Program-made: the position numbers and the translations under genes
Assembly (NCBI GenBank): GCA_964016885.1
Contig: OZ024740.1
Location: 158,844,001 to 158,908,000, forward strand
Direction: 5' to 3'
Length of the DNA stretch: 64,000 nt
From: Eledone cirrhosa
Lineage: Eukaryota
Notes under the pieces: model-generated
What the model was told of the DNA's origin: nothing
The model's database searches: none
What the model saw: only the letters and a program-made list of their open reading frames with translations
Shown here: in pieces, positions 1 to 13,662 of the stretch
How positions within the stretch are numbered: the stretch's first letter is position 1
Layout of the letters: every line of letters starts with the position of its first letter

Positions 1-28
1 AGTATCTGCTGAAGGGAAAGTCTTTGAG
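1..28 (+). CDS. End of upstream coding exon of the BTB-BACK-Kelch gene (VSAEGKVFE)
   Basis: Frame from base 2 reads GTA TCT GCT GAA GGG AAA GTC TTT GAG, then donor GTAAGG at 29. A phase-0 join to 2204 gives [26 protein letters not shown], a canonical BTB N-terminal motif. Confidence 0.85.
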
Positions 29-1399
29 GTAAGGAGATTACCAACTGTTGCTTGTTTGTCCTTTGTTGATGATTGTTAATTTATATATTATCTATATTTT
101 TTGTATTGGTTAGTCAAAAGAAAAACAGTTTCCATGACCCTTTCCAGAGCTTTTGGGACTTGTCAAAGGGATGGAAGAAGTTGTACTTGAGGTACCCAAG
201 GGCCAGGCTGTTAAACCAGATTACAGATTAAGTGACTAACAGCCAAAGCAAATGCTACTTAGCATCTAATCTGAAGCATTAGCTATTCTACCAATCCATA
301 ACCCTGGATGGTACTTTATTTTATCAATGCAGAATGTTGAAAAGCAAAGTTTCCTTCACTACCATTTGAGAGCCAGGCCAAATACTGCATGATTCTGCCA
401 ATTTGCCACCTGTTGTTGTCTAACACCTGATCAACTTATTATAGATTCATAAATATGTAAATTGTATTAAATTACTGTTTTTGTATTAATCTTTAGCATG
501 CTGAATTTTTTTTATGAATTGCTTCCCTTGACACTGCATTATGTATTAAGGGGAGATTACTCTATCAGCGACATAAATTGCATAGAACACCCAAAAGGTT
601 AAGATTTAAAAAGTCTTTTTTTCACCTGAACATTTTTACAGACGTTCCCTGCAGATAAAGGGCTTTCCCACTCCTGATTTAGAGGCCCTATTTCATTGGT
701 GGTGAAGTGTACAAATCAATAAATTGGCCAACAAAATAAATGCTGTAGCTATCTTTAGGTAAACTTCATCAGTCTGAGCAAGTATAACAATGTTCAGAAC
801 TCTCTCTGAGTCATTTTTCAGACTCTCAACATTAATCAGATCACTGATCATCTTTGCCTTTCATCCTATTCGTGTTGGTAAAAATAAAGTACCAGCCCAG
901 GGTGGTGGGTTGGCAGTATTGTTAAAGTGGCAGATTGAGATGCCTGGCAGTATTTTCTCCCACATTTTGAGTTCAAATCTTGCTACTGCCTAGTTGGATG
1001 GCTGACTTAATCTATCACCTTGTTTAACACCAACTCTTAGAGATTGGGTGCTTTTAGTCGAGCCAACTGTGCAGCAAGTATTTGGGCCAGGTCTCCAATT
1101 TGAGAATATATATTCCTCCTTCCCTGACAAAAATATTATTGAAAAAAAAAAGAACTCTTACTAGTCAATATCAACACGGGCAAGCATTAAGCCGCAAAGC
1201 TTTTCAGTCCTGGGAAAAGATGGATAAAGCTGGATGATGATACATTATATAAGGTTTGGTTGTTATTTTTGTTTAAATCTTGGTCAAACCTGATTGAGCA
1301 TCTGTGTGATCAACAGTATTCCATCTCTGAACATCCTCTCTTTAACTCGGTGTTCTGTATGTCTTGTAAGACTAGGAATGTGCACTTCGAAAGTTCCTC

Positions 1400-1998
1400 T
1401 CATCATCTTCGTTTAACGTCCATATTCCACGCTCGCATGGGTTTGGACGGGAGTTTTCCCACTTGAGGCAAGAGTGGTTGTCTTGCTCGCATAGGACTGT
1501 CTGGCGGGTTTTCTACGGCTGGATGCCCTTCCTAACACCAACCACATTTACAGTGTGGAACTGGGAGGTTTTTACCGTGTTGCCTACACGGCCACATTAC
1601 AGCGTGGACTGTGTGTTTTTTTGTCGTGACACCTACACGACCTCATTTGTTTCGGGCTGGATGTTGTGGTACCAACATAACTTTACATTGAAAGGGGCGG
1701 TGTGGATGGGGTGGGGGTAGTGGGACGGGGGTGTATTTTGTTAGAGGTGCCTACTGACTGTAATAGGTTTCACTTTGTACTTAGGTAAGGCGGGTCTTCT
1801 CTATTACTGTGTAGCGCCAAAGATCTCGGTCCAGTGACATTGTCTTGGAGAGGTGTAAGTGTGTGAGGTCGGAATTTATCAAGTCGTCCCAGGTTTTTCT
1901 GGGTCTGCTTACTCCGTGGCTACTGTCTATTTTTATTGCCCTGCACTTTTTTATACAGCTGTCGTCTTTCATGCGCATCACGTGACCATATAAGCGTG
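1400..1998 (-). mobile_element. RTE LINE family A, 5'-truncated 3' end, antisense in the Kelch intron
   Basis: YGHVMRM...RPRKTW...DRDLWR C-terminus, then the long 3' UTR and (GAT)n tail shared with the copies at 12.8-20.6 kb. Confidence 0.9.
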
Positions 1999-2203
1999 TC
2001 CATATAAGCATGTTTCTCCCTTTCCATAGCCACCATCACTACTTCTCCTGCTACCTCTCCCAATATTACTAGGACAGCCACAGCCTACTACAGCTGCTCA
2101 TGCTACTACCAATCTCACAGCCATTATTACTAAATATAGGGCAACTACCCCCAACTACTGCTGCTACTGATCTCATATGTTTTCTTTTTTTTCTGTTATT
2201 CAG

Positions 2204-3832
2204 GTTCACAAGGCCTTACTGGCGGCTGCCAGTGATTACTTCCGGGTGATGTTCCGAGGTATGATGGCAGAGAGCAAGCAGGACACAGTGGACTTGAAAG
2301 GGGTAACTGCTGACGGACTGCAACAGGTTATAGACTTCATATACACAGGAAAAATGTCGTTGTATTACGACAACCTCACTGAAATTATCAACACAGCCAG
2401 CCACCTGCAAGTGTCCTATGCCCTCGACTTGTGCAGCAATTACATCAAATCCCTGATGACGTTCGACAATGCCGATGACTTCCTCAGCATTGCTGACACT
2501 TATTCTCTGGAGAAAGTCTTGCTACATTGGGATGATATGATTTTGACGAACTTTCACGAATTCAGCAACAGCCAAGCATTTCTCAAACTCAGTGCTCAAA
2601 AACTTGTCAAGTACCTTTCGTCCAATTTGTTATGTACCGTCTCAGAGTACCGGTTATATCAGTGCTTGGAAAAGTGGCTGGCTGTTAGTCCATCACGCGT
2701 TACGAATGACAGCAGCATTATCATGCCTCATTTACGTTTCCCTTTAATGTCTCTCATTGAATTAACGTCAATTAAGGACAGCGAGCTTTTTCAGAAGGTG
2801 CCGAATGGGGCGCACTACATCGCCAAAGGCTTCCAATACCATATTGACTGCAAACAGGGACATCCTATCATTGATGAGTCGTCAACAATTCGAACTGATA
2901 CGCCAAGTCTGGTGCTAGTGCACCATGGAACAGCATACATGCCGTTCCAAGTAACATCTTACTATCCGCAAAACAACAAGTTTTTCCGGCTTTTTTCTGA
3001 TGTCAATGGCAGCAGGGACTGTCGTATTGCCGTCATTGACAACTTTGCCTATATATGCCGTGTTGTTGATTTTGGTGGAGGCACTCTTATGAGTTCTTTG
3101 TTTAGGTTCGATCCGCGACATTTGGTAGGACAGGAGCTGCACCCAATGAAGCAACTCCGACTTGATTTTGCACTTACTGCACATAAACACTGTCTCTATG
3201 TGTTTGGCGGTTCGACCGAACAGTTTGCCATACTTGACTCAGTCGAGTGCTACAATGTGAAGACCAACGTGTGGGAAGAGCTGTTGTACCTGCCCAATCC
3301 GGTCCACTCCTTAGCGACAGTCGTCCACGAGATGCGAATCTATCTGTCTGGTGGAGTGACAGGCCAGGAGAGGCAGGCCACAAATAGCTTTATGTGTTTT
3401 AACATTATCACACACCGTTATGAGGTGAAACCGGGCATGTTCTATGCACGTCGACTCCATGATATGGTTGCTTTCCAGGAGAAAATATACGTTCATGGTG
3501 GCATTCCGAGACAGGGAATCCCTCTCCACGGACAGATTCCAATTGAGTATTTTGATTTGGCGTCAGAACAATGGACCATTTTGACGTCGTCGACTCTCAG
3601 TGGACGTTCCGTTGGACACTACATAGTGTTTCAGAATCAGGTTTTGTGCTTAGGGCATGAACATCACCGAGCTACAGAAGATGAGATTTGGATATATGAC
3701 ACTTTGCTTGATGACTGGTCTAAGTATACCAAAGCACCACAAAGAATGAGTTTGACTACTGCAGTTTGCATCCAGATGCACATAAACTTTAATGAAGAGA
3801 AAGTGGCCAAAATGGTGTTAAAAGAAAAATGA
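2204..3832 (+). CDS. Terminal coding exon of a kelch-like (BTB-BACK-Kelch) Cullin3 adaptor, resembling the KLHL9/13/26 group
   Basis: Polypyrimidine tract and CAG acceptor at 2201-2203. BTB ([23 protein letters not shown]), BACK (SEYRLY...W, HLRFPLMS) and Kelch repeats (LYVFGG...VECYN...W, IYLSGG, IYVHGG). Stop TGA at 3830-3832. The track's Met at 2177 is intronic. Confidence 0.92.
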   Translation, partial: VHKALLAAASDYFRVMFRGMMAESKQDTVDLKGVTADGLQQVIDFIYTGKMSLYYDNLTEIINTASHLQVSYALDLCSNYIKSLMTFDNADDFLSIADTYSLEKVLLHWDDMILTNFHEFSNSQAFLKLSAQKLVKYLSSNLLCTVSEYRLYQCLEKWLAVSPSRVTNDSSIIMPHLRFPLMSLIELTSIKDSELFQKVPNGAHYIAKGFQYHIDCKQGHPIIDESSTIRTDTPSLVLVHHGTAYMPFQVTSYYPQNNKFFRLFSDVNGSRDCRIAVIDNFAYICRVVDFGGGTLMSSLFRFDPRHLVGQELHPMKQLRLDFALTAHKHCLYVFGGSTEQFAILDSVECYNVKTNVWEELLYLPNPVHSLATVVHEMRIYLSGGVTGQERQATNSFMCFNIITHRYEVKPGMFYARRLHDMVAFQEKIYVHGGIPRQGIPLHGQIPIEYFDLASEQWTILTSSTLSGRSVGHYIVFQNQVLCLGHEHHRATEDEIWIYDTLLDDWSKYTKAPQRMSLTTAVCIQMHINFNEEKVAKMVLKEK

Positions 3833-3893
3833 GTTCCAACTGATATTACGCAAAAAACAAAAACAATATATATATGTATATATATATCCCAAT

Positions 3894-4260
3894 AGGCTAG
3901 ATATCATTGCTTCTTCTGACAAGGCTTGATATTTATGCCTTTCTGACAGGCAGGATATCAGCAATCACTGATAGATAAATAAAAAAAATAAAATAATAAG
4001 CCGGATATCATTTACCTCACATAGGTTGGATACAGTTTGCCTCCAACAGGAGGCTAAATATCATTACCACTGACAGGCCAATATCGTTACCTCACACAGG
4101 CTAACTTTTGATATCACTACACCTAACCCAAACAGGCTGATGTTACACACTACCTCCAGCAGAAAGCTGATGTCACTAACAGTGTTAGGTCAATATCATT
4201 ACCTCATATAGGGTGATGATATCAGTAAACTTTCTGACAGGCTGATATCATTACCTCATA
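3894..4260 (+). repeat. Degenerate ~23-36 bp tandem array (about 13 units), consensus close to AGGCTGATATCATTACCTCACAT
   Basis: Repeated AGGCT...GATATCA cores read directly. AATAAA at 3978 and 3987 lie inside the array. Confidence 0.75.
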
Positions 4261-4273
4261 TAGTAGCACTCTG

Positions 4274-4565
4274 TATTATTATTACTATTATTATTATTTT
4301 GGTAATTATTATTGTTCTTGTTGATATTATTATTATTATTACTACTGCTACTACTACTACTACTACTACTACTATTATTATTACAACTACTACTATTATT
4401 TTTATTATTATTATTATTATTATTATCCTCATCATCACCATTATTATTAATATTTTTGGCAATCTGGGCAATTATAATGTTCGTTTTATTTTTAATTAAA
4501 ATATATGTATATATATATATATATATAATATATATGTATATATATATATATATATAATATATATG

Positions 4566-4596
<31 letters not shown>

Positions 4597-4644
4597 TTTT
4601 TTTCTGAATTAATGTTTTATGTCTTGTATTACTTTGTATATATC

Positions 4645-4696
<52 letters not shown>

Positions 4697-4700
4697 TATG
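4274..4700. repeat. Compound microsatellite (ATT)n/(ACT)n/(TA)n
   Basis: Direct inspection. Confidence 0.95.
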
Positions 4701-5605
4701 TATACACATTTATATTCACAGACATGTATGTATATAATCTCCACACACATAATTGCATACAAAATCAGGCTTTATTCACGTGCATACATTCATCAATTTG
4801 CATTCACTAGTTTGTATGTATCTATCTATATATTTATATACACAAACACACAGATACATAAATATATAAGTATGTTTATAACCCAGATTTACATGACTTG
4901 TATATATTCATAAATATATATAAATAGATATATTTTCTGTCTCTCTCGCTCACACATACACATATATATGTACAAATAGTTTTTATAGACACACCCACTA
5001 CTGGTAAATATGTTTATAAAACAATTGATTTTTGAAGGAGTTTTACACTTTACCTATTTGTCTCTCAGGTAAAATATATTAACCTTTATACTATATGTGT
5101 ACTACTATATAAAATCAGTGCATATAATATAATATATACTATTTATGTATTATCATATATACTATTGGTATATTACAATATATACTATTGTCATAAGGCA
5201 GTGAATTGGCAGAGTAGTTAGAATGTTGGATAGAATGCTTTGCAATGTTTGTTTTGGCTCTCTATGCTCAGATCCTGCCAAACTTTTACTTTCATCCTTT
5301 CAAGGTTGATAAAAAAATTATCAGTCTGGGGTCTATTCTTCCCTTATATCTTTTTCTCTCTTCCTTTCTCTCACTCTCTCTCTTCTTCTCTGAAAGAGAT
5401 TAGCTGTTTTCAGACCTAGGAAAGGAATGCATACCAGTAGTTTTAAAGTACTCAAGACATCAGGAGTTATGAGTCTATACATACATTCACTATTGAAATA
5501 TTGTTAATTTATTTTTGGTATTTTCGGTATGTTAAACAAATACTCATAGTATATTGCTAGCTAATAGTTATCAGGTATTTAGAGAATGGTATATAAACAG
5601 TTTAA

Positions 5606-5825
5606 TCCTTTAGCATTTAAACTGGTCATATCCGGCCAGAATTCTCTCACGTCTTTCTCTTCAAATTGATCGTAACCAGCTGCTCATTACCAACGTTAAA
5701 GTATTGTTCTCATAATAAATAATATCAAAATCTCGTAGATTCGATATTATTTGAGATAATAATGAGATAAAGCCTTTGCTGTGAAAATACAAAAGTAAAT
5801 ATAGAGTAATGTAAATACTAAAGGG
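5606..5825. mobile_element. piggyBac-like MITE
   Basis: TTAA at 5602-5605 and 5826-5829 flank imperfect TIRs TCCTTTAGCATTTA / TAAATACTAAAGGG. Confidence 0.75.
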
Positions 5826-7322
5826 TTAAGATGCTTTGGTTTCCAACTCATTTTTGTTAATGGGTTCAGTTCCACTTAGCAGATGTAGGAGATTAGTTAT
5901 GATTCTGGCTCAGACTCTGTACCTTTATCTACCCTGCCTCAATAAACCATCAACCCTTATGTGTAGTATGTTGTCTATATCAGATTAGTGTCATAGCCAC
6001 AGGAATTATGTTTTTTTATCTTGTTGGTAGTGCAGAAACTAAGACTAAGAATAATTACCAATCCTATGCTGATCAGATCAGAGGGGTGGGTGGTGTGGTT
6101 AGGTAGGTCAATTGGTATCGGCCTACAGTTTTGAAGGGTGCCCATTCTCCCTTAGTTTTAGTTCTTTTCTTCTATTCTGTGACTTGTAAGTACATAATGT
6201 ACCCTATATTTACACATATATTCCCATAACCCATGCAAAAATCATGTATTTATCACTAAATACATAATGACCAGTTTGAAATAGGGCCCACATTTCTGGC
6301 TTGGGCCTGTTATCAACTTTAGGGGCCTACATATCACATCTGACCTGAGCATAACTTTAGGTGTCTACATTTTATATTTGGCAGGGGCTTATTACTAGCT
6401 TTGCACACACTTGTCAATATGTATCAGGCAGTTTTGAGGGAATGTTATCTACGACATGTCCAAGTGGTGTATCTATCTCTTGTAAGCATTACAGAAACAG
6501 AAACTTATTGTTCAACATTTAACTTAAGGGTATTATCTTACAAGAACCTCTCTACCTTTCAGACTACATACCAAACCATCACACCATCAATTGTCTGTCT
6601 ATGTGGTCGATAGTGTAAACTCTATTTCTATTTCATCTACATTGTCTGTCTGTGAGTGTGTGTGTGTGTGTCTATGTGTGTGAGATCAGATAATGTTGCA
6701 TAGAAGTGTATGTGTGTATATTTGTGTCAGACATCATTGGTGTGTGATCATGCATCTGTGTTCATGTATGTGTATGTAGGTATATATATAGAGAGAGAAA
6801 GAGAGGGAGAGAGAGAGCAAGGTCAGCAGTGAAAACAAACACAGAACAATTACTAAAAGTGTTGTTAGGTTCACGCTTGTATGAAATGGAAAAAGAAATA
6901 GTTGATCGTATAGGACCGGGTTCTTATTCTTAAAAATCTGTTACTTATCTTGTCAAACTTCCAAGTTATGAGGCATTGACATGAACAAAGACACAGACAT
7001 GTACACACACATACAATGGGCTTCTGCAGGTTTTGTCTACCAAATTCCACTTGCAAACTATTGATCAACCCCAGTTAGAGCTTTGATTTGATGTCAGAAA
7101 TAATTTATGAATCTTGTCTTTTTGTTGATATCAAAATTACAATCCCATGTGTTTGATAAAATGTTTAGTTGTTATTTCTAGCAATTTGTTCAGACAGTAG
7201 GGGTGTGTCATTGACAAAATGCTATTGATATTCACATACATTCATACTCCCTTCTTTTAGATTAGATACAGTCACACACACACACACACACATGTAGTCA
7301 TAGTATTATTTATCTGGTTTAA

Positions 7323-7545
7323 GGTGTTGGATTGGCAGTATCGGTAGAGTGTCAGACAACATACATTGTAGCATATAGTTAGAGTCCTCGGTGGTCTGAG
7401 TTCAAATCCCGTTGAGGTTAACTTTATCTTTCATCCTTATAGGGTCGATAAAATAAAGCACCAGTAATGCACTGGGGTTGATTTAATCGACTTTCTCCTC
7501 CCCCTAAAATTACTGGCCTTGTGCCTAAATCAGAAACCATTATTT
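7323..7545 (+). mobile_element. tRNA-derived SINE family 1 (Meta-domain-like core)
   Basis: A-box-like TGGCAGTATCGG, B-box GAGTTCAAATCCC, core CTTTCATCCTTA.GGGGTCGATAAAATAAAG.ACCAG and an (ATT)n tail. Many copies in the window. Confidence 0.85.
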
Positions 7546-8413
7546 ATTTGGTTTCACTTGATTTGATTATTATTACACATATCTTACTTGAAGCTTTAGA
7601 CAGTTGTGTACTGAAATCAGTGGAAAATCCACTTTGGTATCCTATAGAGGATTAGTGGTAGGGAAAAGCGACAACATTGTTGGGTAGACTCTGGGTGTCA
7701 GAAATGATCAACTATCTGCTCTTTTCCAGAGAACTTTCAGCTTGTGGCCAATGGATAACTTCCAGAAATTCCTGGCCCAACAAGAGAAATTCTTCAGACA
7801 TGGAAGTGCTGTCAGTTGAGCCTGTTCAAGATGCATTTAGGGTAGTGAGACTGCCTTCCATGTACTTGTCAGTGTCCAAACATTACTCACTTGTGGATCT
7901 ATGTCAAATAACTGCTCTTGCATGTAAGAAGTATATGTCGATTGGCTGAGTCCATCATGAATATAAGCCTGCAATCTTTCATTAGATGAGAAGGGCAAGC
8001 AGTTTTGATCTGCGTGGTGGATGTGGTTGAGAGTGTTGAAAGCAGGACTTTCCTCTTCGACAAGGACTTGAATAGCATTCTCAAAGTTGATTTCAAGAGG
8101 AAAATCAGAGTGAAGAGAAAAGTGTTGCCTTCCAGCCAGTTTGTTGATTGGAGGAGGAGAGCTAAGTGCAGGGCACTTGGCCTAGCAGGCAGGGTGGCTG
8201 TGGCTTTTTGTGGGCTTTCTGCATGAGTAATGCTCAGAAATCTCCCCACTATTTGGGTATTTTCCATGTTTGTATTTTTATGTTTATTTTGTTATCACAC
8301 ATCTTTCCCTCACATTTATTGTGTAATCCAGTGCTGTCCTTATTGCTTTCTTCATGTCAGCCCTCTGGGGCTAATATAGATTTCATGATTATTGTTATTA
8401 ATAATACATACAT

Positions 8414-9650
8414 ACAGGAGTTTAAGATAGGTTGCCCATGAGAACTTCTGTATACTGATGATCTGGTTCTTATATCTAGAGAACAAATTCAAACTGTAGA
8501 AACAGAACTTAGAATCAAAAGGGCCAAGAGTAAACTTAGCAAAAACCAAATTGTTAATAAGTAAGAAAGAAGACTAGGCCCACATCCTATCAGGGAAATG
8601 GCGATGCTCGAGATGCAGAAAAGGAGTAGATAGAACCTCTATATCAGAGGTTCTCAAACTTTTTGGGCCACAGTCCCCCCCTCATGGCCACGTAATACCT
8701 TCATTGCCCCACAACCCTATTTCCAGAGAGACCTGCCTACATGCAAATTGTAAATAATATATATAAATAAAATCGTTAATTTATATGTAATAAATAATAT
8801 AATATATACTATGTATAAATAAATATTATATATTTTTTATATATAATATGTATATAATTATATCATTTCTACCCCCTCCACCACACCCTTAGGCCCCAGT
8901 GCTTCCCTTGGATCTTCTCAACGTCGGGGACGTTGAGAACCACACCTCTATACTATGTATACGGTGCAAATCTTGGGTACACAAGAAGTGTTGCAGGATA
9001 GCATGCAGACTTACAGGTAAGGAAGACTTTGTATGTAATAGATGTTCAGGGATAGTAGATGGTAAGCATGTCAGTGATATACAACTTTTTTAATCCCATG
9101 TATGATCCATAGAAGTGGTTAGTAGCTTCTGCTATCTAGGTGACCAAATTAGCAGTGTAGGTATGTGCTCCAGGAGCATAGAGGCTAGAATATGAATTGG
9201 ATGGAAGAAGTTCAGTGAGCTACTGCTCCTGTTGACAACAAAAGGTTTCTCTCTATGAACAAAAGGCTGGCTGTATGATGCCTGTGTGCGATGTGCAATG
9301 CTGCATGGCAGTGAAACATGGGCAGTGACTGCAGAGGATATGTGAAGGATAAAGAGAGCATGTTTGGATGAATGTTAATGTGTGTGGACGATGAATTAAG
9401 AAAGAAGTTTAGTATAAAAAATATTAAATGTGTGCGTTGATATGGATATGTGTTGCAAATGGATGATGATTGCTGGATAAAAAGTGCAAAGAAATCCCAG
9501 GAAGACCTGGGCAGAATCGTTACAGTTGATCTCAAATCACTGAAGCTCATGGTAGAGATGACAAAGGATCACAATGAGTGGAAAGATGCTGTGCTGAAAA
9601 GGACACATCTGGCCCAAGCTAGCATGGAGGAGCAGACATAATATGATGAC
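8414..9650 (+). mobile_element. Old, decayed RTE LINE 3' region (PHD-bearing type) interrupted by a hAT MITE
   Basis: EFKIGCP, C..CKSWVHKKC, LHGSETWA and DDDCWIK remnants with many stops. Short 3' UTR and GAT-like tail. Confidence 0.85.
8645..8945. mobile_element. hAT (Charlie-like) MITE nested in the RTE
   Basis: TIRs CAGAGGTTCTCAA / TTGAGAACCACAC and an 8-bp TSD CTCTATAT/CTCTATAC. Removing it restores the RTE frame GVDRTSILC. Confidence 0.85.
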
Positions 9651-10762
9651 TATGATATATATATATATATTTTTTATTAAGGATTTTTCATATTCCCTTG
9701 TTAGTCTTTTATGTTTAGTTTTGAACAATAATGATCTTAAACCTATTTGCCCATTAATATTTGAAGACCTTGACCTCATCATTAGAACAAAATGATGGTA
9801 GTAATGGCATGTTGTTTGCAGGCTTTGCAGTATGCCTCAAAGGATCATCGAAATTCTGGTAAAATATTCAATGTCAGATTTATAAATTTATTCAGCCGTT
9901 AAATGCTCACAGATTCACCAGTCACAACACATTACAATACTGTACATGCCTGACCATGAGGATGCACCTGAAAACTTCTACTCCTGGGCACCAGCCTATG
10001 CCGGATATATGTGTGGACTACCAGCAGTCACTCATACATACTGGTCTCCCTTCTCCACATCACCAATGTTATGTAAGGAGAATGCAACCGCTGACTCAGC
10101 TAGATACCAGTGTCATTACAACTAATTTTTTCAGCTGAATGGACGAGAGCAAAATGAAATAAAGTATGTTGCTCAAGAACACAACGTGCCACCCAAGTCA
10201 GGAATCTTCTGACCTTACGATTGTGAGTCCAACAATTTTGCCACAAAGCCACATACCTACAACACAACAATTCTACAAAAAAATATTAAAAAAAACTACA
10301 GAGGCATTTCTGATAACAGAATAGAAATAAAACCTGTATAAAGATTACTGAAATCTATGAGAAGACAGCCTGGTAGTTATTATAGCTAGTTGACTGTTTT
10401 TCAGAAGACAAGTGAGCGTATCCTTCCACCCACAAAGCTTGTAAAGATAATCTCTTATGTTTCTCTGTGTATGAAGAGATTAACAAAAATGTGTTCCTTT
10501 TTCATAGCGTGGTTTATTATTCAAAATTGTAGTTATATCTTCATTAAATTTGTCTTAGACTTTCTAATATATGCTGTGTTGTACATAAATATTTATTATT
10601 TAATTAATTATATTGCTATTCGAGTGTTCATTATGCAAATTATAATTTGCTATAAGTTCTTTTTGTAGGTAGAAGGATAAAGGTATTTATTTTCTGAAGA
10701 TTACCAACTAGCTGCGAAACATGTAAGGTCAATCTATTACATTATATATATATATATATATA

Positions 10763-11605
10763 CAGGGTGCGGACGATATCTGTTCGCAATATGACTGTCT
10801 AGGAAAAAATAACACAGTAGTTTTATTTTTTAAGAAATATTTATCAAACTTGGGTTAGTTTGTCTTCATGATTTGTTCTTTCGATCTCACTCGATAAACC
10901 CGCCATTGGCTTTGATGACGACCTCAAGGCGGCCTCGGAACCGGCTACAGGCCTTCGTCACTGTCCCCCGACTTAGGCCCCTAAAGGCACTCGTGATCCT
11001 GGCCTTCAGATCGTCTTTCGTATTGCAGCTAGATCTGTTGGTGTCTCGTTCCACTGCGCCCCACACAAAGAAGTCGAGGGGGTTGCAGTCAGGCGAGCTG
11101 GTGGGAGGCCAGATGTCAGGTGAAGTGTGGTCGACAAAGTTCTCTGACAGCCAGGCTTGGGTCTTTCGGCTGGTATGGCAGGGCGCTGAGTCTTGCTGCC
11201 ACGGCCTACCTGCAGATACCTGGTAGATCCAGGGCTTTACTACCTCGCTCAGAACACGGATGTAGCCATCGGTGTTCAGCTTGAGGCCCTCAGGGAAGAA
11301 GTGAGGTGGCATGACGTCACCTTGACTGCAGGCGGCACCTAAGACCAATGTTGTCGCTGGGACCTTTGTCTGCATGAATCTAGGCACGTCTTTGGATGAC
11401 ACAGCGAGCCACCTGTTGTTCTGGGAGTTGATTCCAAGAAGAACTCCATGTCTCTTCCACAAATTTGGAGGTTATCAATTATTCTGAAAATAAATAATGG
11501 AAATATAGTCACTGTTTTTATGAAGACAAGAGTGACAACGGAAGTAAAAAAAATGTGCATAAAATTAGCAGTTGAAAATTGCGAACAGATGTCGTCCGCA
11601 CCCTG
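10763..11605 (-). mobile_element. Internally deleted Tc1/mariner element (maT/DD37D-like) with the transposase C-terminal half (ORF 10887-11462)
   Basis: 28-bp TIRs CAGGGTGCGGACGATATCTGTTCGCAAT (1 mismatch) and TA flanks. Motifs WQQDSAPCH...WPPTSSPDCNPLDFFVWG. The N-terminal HTH and the first catalytic Asp are missing. Confidence 0.92.
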
Positions 11606-11617
11606 TATATGTGTGTG

Positions 11618-12112
<495 letters not shown>

Positions 12113-12387
12113 ATATATATGTATGTATGTATGTATATATATATGTGTATGTAGGTATGCATATATATATATATATATATATATATGTGAGAAAAACCAC
12201 AGACCCTCCATCTCAACTCTACTTTTGAAAAGCAGAAGAACTGCGAAACCGGTAAAGGAACCAAATAAATATATATATTTAAAAAAAAAATAAGACTCCA
12301 GTGGCATTTTCGATTTCATCTTTTTTTCTTTATATATATGTATGTAGGAATGTATATATATATATGTATGTAGGTATGTATATATAT

Positions 12388-12735
12388 CATCATCATCATC
12401 ATTTTACGTCCGCTTTTCCCTGCTTGCAAGGGTTAGACGGGTCCTATTCAACACAGCATCTCTCCACGGCTCTCTGTTATCTCCTCAGTGAGTTTCAGCG
12501 ATCTGAGGTCTGCTCTCACCACATCCGCCCATGTTTTTCCTCTTCTACCTCTACTGTGTCTTCCCTCCACTGGGACTTCCTGGCACTTCTTCACCCATCG
12601 GTCATCCTCCATGCGCATCACATGTCCATACCATCTCAGCCTTCTCTCCTGCACGCCACAACTTATCCCTCTTATACCCAGTTTCTTTCTTAACTCGTCT
12701 ATGCCTGGTCGTTCACGCACATTGACATTGCACAT
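12388..12735 (-). mobile_element. RTE LINE family B, 3' end
   Basis: ELRKKLGIRGISCGVQERRLRWYGHVMRMEDD...GKTW. Short 3' UTR CCCTTGCAAGCAGGGAAAAGCGGACGTAAAA(TGA)n. Confidence 0.88.
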
Positions 12736-12741
12736 TATATA

Positions 12742-12781
<40 letters not shown>

Positions 12782-12801
12782 CATGTATATATATATATAT
12801 A

Positions 12802-13518
12802 TAATATACGTGAACGGCAAAGCATAAACGAACTGTAACAGTAATATAGGTGAACGGCAAAGCATAAACGAACTAAGGAAAAAATTAGAGATAAGAGGGA
12901 TCAGATGTTGTTTACTCGAGAGAAGGCTGCGTTGGTATGGACACGTGATGCGCATGAAAGTCGATAGCTGTATAACAAAGTGCAGGGCAATAAAGATAGA
13001 CGGTAGCCACGGAATAGGCAGACCTAGAAAAACCTGGGATGAGCTGATAAACTCCGACCTCACACACTTACACCTCTCCAAGACAATGTCACTGGACTGA
13101 GACCTTTGGCGGTACTCAGTAACAGAGAAGACCCGCCTTGCCAGTAGGCATCTCTAACAAAATACACCCCGTCCCGCCACCACCCCCACCCCATCCACAC
13201 CACCCCGTTCTATGTAAAGTTATGTTGGTGCCGCGCCATCCAGGCCGAAACAAATGAGATCGTGTAGGTGTCACGACAAAAAAACACACAGTCCACGCTG
13301 TAATGTGGCCGTGTAGGCAACACGGTAAAAACCTCCCAGACCCACACTGTAAATGTGGTTGGTGTTAGGAAGGGCATCCAACTGTAGAAAACCTGCCAGA
13401 CAGTCCTATGCGAGCAAGACAACCACTCTTGCCTCAAGTGGGACTACCCCCGTCCAAACCCATGCAAGCGTGGAACACGGACGTTAAACGTTGATGATGA
13501 TGATGATGATGATGATGA
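12802..13518 (+). mobile_element. RTE family A 3' fragment
   Basis: Near-identical to 15770-16100 and 17880-18564. About 33 bp are duplicated at its 5' junction. (GAT)n tail. Confidence 0.9.
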
Positions 13519-13662
13519 TATATATATATATATATCTATATCCAAAATTAAGATAACTCAAATGAATTTAATCTAAATCAAAATTATGGGTGTCATATAT
13601 GTGTATACATATGTATATATATGTGTATATATGTATATATGTGTGTGTATATATATATATAT

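Noticed and set aside
2177-2203. Start codon for a 551-aa Kelch ORF
   Set aside because: It lies in the polypyrimidine tract. The BTB domain is completed by the exon ending at 28.
3894-4260. CRISPR-like repeat-spacer array
   Set aside because: The cores are short and degenerate, the spacers are related to each other, there are no cas genes and the context is eukaryotic.
10887-11462. Fanzor/TnpB-like RNA-guided nuclease cargo in the Tc1 element
   Set aside because: The element holds only a truncated DDD transposase, with no RuvC or zinc-ribbon motifs.
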